From Calditrichales bacterium (GTDB lineage: Bacteria; Calditrichota; Calditrichia; Calditrichales; J004): 64,000 nt of DNA. The notes beneath the pieces are model-generated. The model ran no database searches, was not told the DNA's origin, and saw only the letters and a list, made by a program, of their open reading frames with translations. Position numbers and translations under genes: made by a program. The stretch lies in contig OZ254086.1 in the NCBI GenBank assembly GCA_965267575.1, positions 2,944,001 through 3,008,000 of the forward strand, written 5' to 3'. This document shows positions 57,831-64,000 of the stretch, piece after piece (the stretch's first letter is position 1; every line of letters begins with the position of its first letter).

Positions 57831-58625
57831 TTATGTGAGGTGTTTTGCATGCTGGCGGGCTTTAATCACCACCGTGTTGCTGATGCGATCGTGCACGGTT
57901 TGGCGGTTGGGGTGCCAGAAAGCTTCAATGAAACCCAGGCCCAACATGGACAAGCTGGCGCTGTAACCGGCGGCTCTGCCAAAACTGTCCCACCATGAAA
58001 GAGGTCTTCCGTCAAGACGTGAAACACGAATACGAAATAACCACTTGCCCAAAGTATAGCCTTTGAGCAGTCGCGTAAAAAACGTGAAATATCCAATAAA
58101 CAAAATGCCAAGATTGAGTGCCATAAATAGCCGGCCGAAAAGAAGTCCCGGACGAATCGTAATAACCTTCTCGTTGTAATTGATATTACTTTCTTTATTT
58201 CCGCTAAAGTCCAGATCAATGTTAAAAAGATAGTTGTCCAGTATTTTAGACAGCTTTTCGTCATCGCCTTCCTCAAGCGCCTTCTGCAACTCCGGCGAAA
58301 TATCTTCCGGTTTGCGTTCCGCATACAGCCGAATGAGCTCTTTCCATAGTTTTTCGCGATCCGTTTTTTCAGACCCGGATTGTTCTTTGCCGAATAAATG
58401 GCCTGTTGTTGTTTCGTAGATGGCGGGATAGTTGAAGTAGAGCAAAACAAACGTCAGTGTCATCATAAAAAGCATGGCGCCTATAAACCAAATAACTATG
58501 TCGACAACAAAAGCGCCGCCGCGTCTCCAGAAAGGCGCCAGCGGTATGTCTAGCATCCCCGGTTCTACGAACATAGGCTCGTCGCTTACAACTTTCCGGC
58601 GAGTTTGGTTTTTCTTTTGTCTCAT
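57831..58625 (-). CDS. RDD-family membrane protein with large insertion
   Basis: APFWRRGGAFVVD...GYTLGK....IRV...RQTVHDRIS.TVV. Confidence 0.85.
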   Translation of the reverse strand: MRQKKNQTRRKVVSDEPMFVEPGMLDIPLAPFWRRGGAFVVDIVIWFIGAMLFMMTLTFVLLYFNYPAIYETTTGHLFGKEQSGSEKTDREKLWKELIRLYAERKPEDISPELQKALEEGDDEKLSKILDNYLFNIDLDFSGNKESNINYNEKVITIRPGLLFGRLFMALNLGILFIGYFTFFTRLLKGYTLGKWLFRIRVSRLDGRPLSWWDSFGRAAGYSASLSMLGLGFIEAFWHPNRQTVHDRISNTVVIKARQHAKHLT

Positions 58626-58642
58626 AATGATGTGCGCTAAAG

Positions 58643-59986
58643 CTATTTTGTGTAAAGGACTTTTTGAGTTTTTACAATATCGCCGTTTTCTACCCGAATA
58701 AAAAATATCCCGCTGGAAATGTCGTCCGCCGGCTGCCAGGATAACTTTCCCATACGGTTTTTCGGTTCGAATAGTTTTACGCGTTGGCCTAATGTATTAT
58801 AAATTTCAATACGCGTCTCTGCAGGTGAAAGGTTGGAAAGTTCTATATTCACCGATCCGTTGAACGGGTTGGGATAAGCCTTGAAGGAAAATGCCCGCGG
58901 AACCTCAGCCGGCGGTTCTTCGAGCGCAGCAAGCAACGTTACCTGGTGAACAAAAATATCGGGATAACTGATCACAGGCTTATGGGCTTCGGATATCCCG
59001 CCGGTCTGCCAGGATTTGATCACTTCACTGTTTTCGATATCATAAAGCTTAACATTGTTGTTTTGCATGTACACGGCATATCGAAAATAGACGTCGCTGT
59101 TCAAATGCTCAGCATATATAAGCGTATCCGTGTCGATTATTTCAAAATCGCTTAAACCGTATCGAACAAGGCGCCAACCTTCAATAGCATAAATATAGGG
59201 ATGACGGTATTTCCATTTTGTTGCGTCAAAATCATAGGCCAACACTGTTTTTTGCAAAGCCAGACTGTCGTTGGAAAACGTGTAAAGTCCCAGGTTACCG
59301 TCCACGTCATTGGCCAGATAGGTGCTGTCTTGCGCTTTTTCGATTCTTTTCAGCCTAAGGTCGTTTGCCAGTAAGATTGGAGTTGTATGGGCCGAATCTA
59401 TGAGCGGCGAATCGGAAAGGTCCACCAGCGCCGGTCTGAACAACTCATCACCATTGTGCTCCTCAAAATAGCAAAGATGTTTGCCGCTCAGTTCTCCCGC
59501 TATGTGAACCAGGTTGAAGTCATTGTTGGCATAGGATTCAAAGACGGTGATGCTATCTTCGTTGGAGACGAAAGCATAGCCGGTGATATCCTCAACCAGC
59601 CAAAAACCGTTTGCTACCGGATACACGCCTGTTGTGGCATCAAAGAAAAAACCATCCAGGGCATTAAATTCGCTGTAGGTAACCGAGCTCCGGTCTGATA
59701 CTTTTACGATTTTCTGATACGAATGCCCGACAAAAAATTCGTGCTGATAGTGGTATGAGTAAACCAGGTAGGTCTCATTATCCGTCCTGAACGCATGGAT
59801 GTAATCGGATGAGGTAGTGATTTCATTGCCGTCATACCTGCTCCATTTGCAAAGTGTATCGGCGGGGTTTATTTCGTTTTCATGCACATTAAAACGGACC
59901 AGGTTGCCCTCCGTATAGTGAGTTTGGGCGTTAGAAGAGATACAACCCAGGAAGAGCATGTAAAGAATAAAGAAGGTAGATCGCAT
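58643..59986 (-). CDS. Secreted hypothetical protein with C-terminal sorting domain
   Basis: Signal peptide, then AYPNPFN...IYNTLGQ.V...SSGIFFIR...QKVLYTK. Confidence 0.75.
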   Translation of the reverse strand: MRSTFFILYMLFLGCISSNAQTHYTEGNLVRFNVHENEINPADTLCKWSRYDGNEITTSSDYIHAFRTDNETYLVYSYHYQHEFFVGHSYQKIVKVSDRSSVTYSEFNALDGFFFDATTGVYPVANGFWLVEDITGYAFVSNEDSITVFESYANNDFNLVHIAGELSGKHLCYFEEHNGDELFRPALVDLSDSPLIDSAHTTPILLANDLRLKRIEKAQDSTYLANDVDGNLGLYTFSNDSLALQKTVLAYDFDATKWKYRHPYIYAIEGWRLVRYGLSDFEIIDTDTLIYAEHLNSDVYFRYAVYMQNNNVKLYDIENSEVIKSWQTGGISEAHKPVISYPDIFVHQVTLLAALEEPPAEVPRAFSFKAYPNPFNGSVNIELSNLSPAETRIEIYNTLGQRVKLFEPKNRMGKLSWQPADDISSGIFFIRVENGDIVKTQKVLYTK

Positions 59987-60177
59987 AATCGTCGCCTTTC
60001 AACAAACGTTGCTGCGGGGTTGAAAGTCTATCTGCTTAAGAATATAATTAATCTGCACAAAGAAAAATAGCTTTTTGTTTTGATTTCGGAATCAACATAG
60101 TATTCCACCCATTATTTGCAAATTCAGATTTATTATTGTTATTTTCTTTTTGAATTTACCATAAAGCCAATCCACAT

Positions 60178-61593
60178 ATGAATACAAGCGACGAACCCGG
60201 AAACGCGGGTTTTGCCATTACTAATACTGCGCGCAACGGCATACGCGTGTTATTGATTGGTGGAAATACCGACGGTAAGCAGCTTCTTGAACAGTTTAGC
60301 AGTGATCCCTCCATTCACGTTGTCGCCGTAGTCGACAAAAACCGCAAAAGCCCTGGAATTTTACTCGCGCAAAAGAAGAATATCACCACATCAGATAATT
60401 ATCAGGATTTTATTCGTGATGAAACGTTGGAGCTGATTATCAACGTTACAGGCGATAAAGATCTGCAGCATCAGCTCATGATCGAAAAAGCTACGGGGAC
60501 TATTCTCATCGGTCGCGTGAGCGCGATGCTTATCTGGACGATGGTGGATGAAACAAGCAAGCGAAAGATTCTGGAAAATTATCTTAGTCTAAATATTAAA
60601 AAGTATGCCATTCATGAAATGGTGATGGGGCATACGCCGCAGATGCGCGAAATCGGCAGCATGATCAGTCATGTTGCGCCAACACCTACGACTGTACTCA
60701 TCCGCGGCGAAAGCGGAACGGGTAAGGAAATGGTGGCGCGTGCCATTCACCAAATAAGCCCCTGGCGTGATGCCCCCATGGTAACCGTGAACTGCACCGC
60801 CATAAGCGCGTCTCTGGTGGACAGTGAGCTGTTTGGGTATAAAAAGGGTGCTTTTACCGGGGCCACCGAAGACCGCCTGGGATTGCTGCAGATGGCCAAC
60901 AACGGCACCGTGTTCCTGGACGAAATTGGTGATATGCCCATGGAAATGCAGGGGAAGCTTTTACGCTTTCTGCAATCCGGTGAGATTCGGCCGGTTGGCA
61001 GTTTTGAAACTTCACGCGTCAACGTGCGCATCATCGCGGCCACAAACCGCAAGCTGGAGCAGGCCATCGAACAGGGCCAGTTCAGGGCAGACCTGTTTTT
61101 CCGATTGAATGCTTTCAGTATTGAACTTCCCTCCCTGCGCGAACGCCGTGAGGATATCAACCTTTTGGCTTACTACTTTGTTCGCAGCGCCCAACAGAAG
61201 TTTAACAAAGACATTTCGACAATATCTGATGCGGCAAAAGAGACCTTGTACGACTATCACTGGCCCGGAAATATTCGTGAACTAAAAAATGTGATTGAAC
61301 GCGCGGTAATCATGTCTAATGGAAGCACTCTGGAGGTTGCTGATCTGCCGATACGCAATGGAAAAGCGCCGGAGAAGCCAGAAGAAAATATGGCGATCGA
61401 CACGGCGCTTGGTTTGATGAGGCTAAAAGACGAGAATCTTTCACTTTTTGAGAAAAAAGCGCTGACCTGTTATTTGCAAATTTCCAATGGCAATATTTCC
61501 CGGGCAGCCGAGGAAGCCAAAGTACCTCGCCGCACCTTCCAAAGACTGATAGCAAAACACCGCATTGATCCCACGCGTTTTAAAAAATCCTGA
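60178..61593 (+). CDS. Sigma54-dependent transcriptional activator with N-terminal Rossmann-like (BkdR-type) domain
   Basis: GESGTGKE, intact GAFTGA, FLDEIGD, FRADLFFRL, WPGNIREL, C-terminal HTH. No receiver domain. Confidence 0.9.
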   Translation: MNTSDEPGNAGFAITNTARNGIRVLLIGGNTDGKQLLEQFSSDPSIHVVAVVDKNRKSPGILLAQKKNITTSDNYQDFIRDETLELIINVTGDKDLQHQLMIEKATGTILIGRVSAMLIWTMVDETSKRKILENYLSLNIKKYAIHEMVMGHTPQMREIGSMISHVAPTPTTVLIRGESGTGKEMVARAIHQISPWRDAPMVTVNCTAISASLVDSELFGYKKGAFTGATEDRLGLLQMANNGTVFLDEIGDMPMEMQGKLLRFLQSGEIRPVGSFETSRVNVRIIAATNRKLEQAIEQGQFRADLFFRLNAFSIELPSLRERREDINLLAYYFVRSAQQKFNKDISTISDAAKETLYDYHWPGNIRELKNVIERAVIMSNGSTLEVADLPIRNGKAPEKPEENMAIDTALGLMRLKDENLSLFEKKALTCYLQISNGNISRAAEEAKVPRRTFQRLIAKHRIDPTRFKKS

Positions 61594-61600
61594 AGAATGC

Positions 61601-61618
61601 TGCGACAGCAGTGACGCA
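61601..61618. promoter_or_regulatory. Putative enhancer (UAS) palindrome 1
   Basis: TGCGAC-agcagt-GACGCA, one mismatch from TGCGAC-N6-GTCGCA. Confidence 0.6.
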
Positions 61619-61718
61619 CATCGCCCAACGCCTAAAAGCTTGGTTTAAGTTTATAATTTTATTGCACTTAGTTTATGTTTTACGGTTTTATAGCTGAATC
61701 ACAATTTTACAAACGATC

Positions 61719-61736
61719 TGCGACACTGACGTCGCA
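61719..61736. promoter_or_regulatory. Putative enhancer (UAS) palindrome 2
   Basis: Perfect TGCGAC-actgac-GTCGCA. Confidence 0.7.
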
Positions 61737-61846
61737 TCCAAAGTTAATTCAATATCCTGCCATTCTCTTACCGCTCATTGCCTAAGCCCAAATAAAACAA
61801 TTGCTTAAGGCTAAATTAAAATGTCCAAATATCCGCCGGCCCTTTC

Positions 61847-61862
61847 TGGCATGTTTTTAGCT
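61847..61862 (+). promoter_or_regulatory. Sigma54 -24/-12 promoter
   Basis: TGGCATG-tttt-TAGCT; GG (61848-49) and GC (61860-61) are separated by 10 nt. Confidence 0.65.
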
Positions 61863-61929
61863 TTATGGGATGTTTTATCAACTTTCTGAATTTCCTAAAC
61901 CGTTTATCAACTTTAAGGGGGGCTGTATC

Positions 61930-63087
61930 ATGAACAAAAGGTTATGTGTGTTAGGTTTGCTTTTAACCTTTGGCGTTGGTTTGGCACAAGAGAACGATTT
62001 CGGAATAAAGTTTTCCGGATTTGTTAAGAATGATGCCTTTTACGACACGCGTCAGGTAGTGTCGGTACGCGAAGGTCATTTCCTGTTATATCCTGCTGCG
62101 GTTTCGGATGTAAACGACAATCCAAGCTTTAATATACTTGCGATTCAGACACGTCTTAGAGGTAACATTACAGCACCGGACGCTTTTGGCGCGAAGGTAG
62201 GCGGTGCTATCGAAGGCGCGTTTTTTGGACATTCCGATGCGGATGTAAATGGGTTCCGCTTAAGGCATGCTTTTGTAACATTTACGTGGGACAAGACGCA
62301 ACTGCTTTTCGGACAGTTTTGGCATCCAATGTTTGTAACAGCAGTTTTCCCACATGTTGTCTCTTTTAATACGGGCGTCCCTTTTCAGCCGTTTTCAAGA
62401 AACCCGCAAATAAGATTAACACAAACAATGGGGGACGGCATTCAGTTGATTGTGGCGGCCATGTCGCAGCGCGATTTCGCCAGTTCGGGTGGCAGCATGG
62501 CTCTTCGTAATGCCGTTGTGCCCAATCTTCATGGTCAATTACAGATTACTTCCGGGCAGCACGTCTTTGGCGCAGGTGTGGATTATAAGATGCTCAAACC
62601 AGATCTCTCATCGGATGAAACCGTTTCAGGCATCTCATTTATCGGTTATGCCAAAGTTGTTATGAATGCCGTTACCATAAAGGCAGAAGGCGTGCTTGGT
62701 CAGAATCTTACCGATCTTCTAATGCTGGGTGGTTACGCAATGAAAGCGGGAAGCGCGGAATACGTGGCCACGGACGTTCTTTCGGTTTGGGGAGAAATTC
62801 AAACCAACGGGCCCGGCATGCAATTTGGCTTGTTTGGCGGATATGCACAAAACCAGGGAACAAGCGACGCCATTGATCCTGCCAGCCTCGCTGTTCGCGG
62901 CAGTAACATCGATAACGTTATGCGCATCTCGCCGCGGGTTATCTGGAACTCCGGCAAGGCTCGCTTTGCTTTGGAGACAGAGTACACAGTAGCAGCTTAT
63001 GGAACAGCAGACTCCAAACTAAGCGTCTCCAATACAAAAAACGCCGACAATATCCGGGTTTTGTTTGCTACATACCTTTTCTTTTAA
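61930..63087 (+). CDS. DcaP-like outer membrane porin
   Basis: Signal peptide, FSGFVKNDAFYD, QTRL, RLRHAF, GQ.W, RNPQIR, terminal YLFF. ATG 61930 follows a G-rich RBS. Confidence 0.7.
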   Translation: MNKRLCVLGLLLTFGVGLAQENDFGIKFSGFVKNDAFYDTRQVVSVREGHFLLYPAAVSDVNDNPSFNILAIQTRLRGNITAPDAFGAKVGGAIEGAFFGHSDADVNGFRLRHAFVTFTWDKTQLLFGQFWHPMFVTAVFPHVVSFNTGVPFQPFSRNPQIRLTQTMGDGIQLIVAAMSQRDFASSGGSMALRNAVVPNLHGQLQITSGQHVFGAGVDYKMLKPDLSSDETVSGISFIGYAKVVMNAVTIKAEGVLGQNLTDLLMLGGYAMKAGSAEYVATDVLSVWGEIQTNGPGMQFGLFGGYAQNQGTSDAIDPASLAVRGSNIDNVMRISPRVIWNSGKARFALETEYTVAAYGTADSKLSVSNTKNADNIRVLFATYLFF

Positions 63088-63151
63088 GAGGCAAGGTTTA
63101 AAAGAAAGCTAATTTATCCACGAAAAATCAATTACAAAAAGGGGGCTTTTT

Positions 63152-63409
63152 ATGAGTGAAAAGAATTTGCAGCAGTACTGGAAAAGAAACATTCGCTATG
63201 TCAGTATTCTGCTCGTCATCTGGTTTACGGTTTCCTATCTATTTGGGATTCTGCTTGTTGAACAGTTAAACACGATTCGCTTTTTTGGCTTTAAAATGGG
63301 CTTTTGGTTTGCCCAGCAGGGCTCGGAGATCGTTTTTGTTATCCTGATCTTTGTGTATGTGTCCTGGATGAACAAGCTCGATCGCGAATTTGATGTTCAC
63401 GAAGAATAA
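63152..63409 (+). CDS. DUF4212 small membrane protein (partner of solute:sodium symporter)
   Basis: YWK.N...L.IWF.VSY...G.K.GFWFAQQGS...Y...MNKLD. Confidence 0.85.
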   Translation: MSEKNLQQYWKRNIRYVSILLVIWFTVSYLFGILLVEQLNTIRFFGFKMGFWFAQQGSEIVFVILIFVYVSWMNKLDREFDVHEE

Positions 63410-63434
63410 ACTTGAAAAATAGAAAGGTGAAACC

Positions 63435-64000
63435 ATGAGTATTATTGCCTGGACCTGGATTATAGTGGGCTTGACATTCGCGCTTTACATCGGTATCGCG
63501 ATCTGGTCTCGTGCCCGCAGTACAAGTGATTTTTATGTTGCCCATCGCGGAGTTCATCCTATCGCCAACGGTATGGCAACCGGTGCGGACTGGATGTCCG
63601 CGGCATCATTTATTTCAATGGCCGGTCTGATTTCATTTCTGGGAATGGACGGCGCCGTTTACCTGATGGGCTGGACGGGCGGATACGTGTTGCTGGCCCT
63701 TTTGCTGGCTCCTTATTTACGCAAGTTTGGTAAGTTTACTGTGCCGGACTTTGTTGGTACCCGATACTATTCGGACATTGCCCGCGTCGTTGCGGTTGTA
63801 TGTGCGATTTTCGTTTCCTTTACTTATGTGGCAGGTCAAATGCGCGGCGTGGGGATTGTATTCTCGCGCTTTCTGGAAACGGACATTAACACCGGTGTCA
63901 TCATCGGTATGGCTATTGTTTTCATCTACGCCGTTATGGGTGGTATGAAGGGTATTACCTATACACAGGTAGCCCAGTATGTCGTCTTGATTATTGCTTA
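63435..64000 (+). CDS. actP: Sodium:solute symporter, ActP-like cation/acetate symporter (3'-truncated; absent from the ORF track because it has no stop in the window)
   Basis: Read by hand from ATG 63435 after [15 protein letters not shown]...[32 protein letters not shown]...[35 protein letters not shown]...[14 protein letters not shown]. Confidence 0.85.
   Translation, partial: MSIIAWTWIIVGLTFALYIGIAIWSRARSTSDFYVAHRGVHPIANGMATGADWMSAASFISMAGLISFLGMDGAVYLMGWTGGYVLLALLLAPYLRKFGKFTVPDFVGTRYYSDIARVVAVVCAIFVSFTYVAGQMRGVGIVFSRFLETDINTGVIIGMAIVFIYAVMGGMKGITYTQVAQYVVLIIA

Noticed and set aside
61870..61929. Longer ORF-track starts (porin 61870; also 3633, 15317, 22188, 29430, 39078, 46999)
   Set aside because: Downstream ATGs give canonical signal peptides or family N-termini, and several have a clear RBS. 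The extensions overlap upstream genes or regulatory DNA.

Overview
Bacterial chromosomal window with FCB-group character. Five secreted proteins carry an N(Y/F)PNPFN or YPNPFN T9SS/FlgD-type C-terminal domain, and there is a Bat operon and a Bacteroidota-style ECF-FecR-TonB locus. A Calditrichota-like origin is my inference only. Bases 1-23.8 kb form a co-directional envelope-biogenesis block: tamB, tamA-like Omp85, a large secreted protein, and an expanded MoxR/DUF58/BatA-E cluster with an embedded GldA/F/G-like ABC transporter plus DUF4340. Bases 23.8-60 kb are an accessory patchwork: site-2 protease, BNR/PKD secreted protein, PepSY, an amidase plus coiled-coil membrane protein pair, a secreted NlpC/P60-like protein, a baeRF/Balon-like factor, a multi-PAS hybrid kinase, ECF/FecR/TBDR with a divergent four-repeat DUF4397-like protein, MFS, serine hydrolase and RDD. 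Bases 60-64 kb hold a sigma54 activator and a DcaP/DUF4212/ActP-like uptake operon with a readable -24/-12 promoter and two enhancer palindromes. I saw no rRNA, tRNA, CRISPR array, integrase or transposase. The most unusual signal is non-coding: four intergenic spacers (about 3.4, 6.7, 16.7 and 34.3 kb) are built from the same small set of degenerate 8-bp and 6-bp tandem micro-repeat families, in mirror-image (inverted, nested) arrangements at gene-block boundaries. All product calls come from motif recognition, not database searches.
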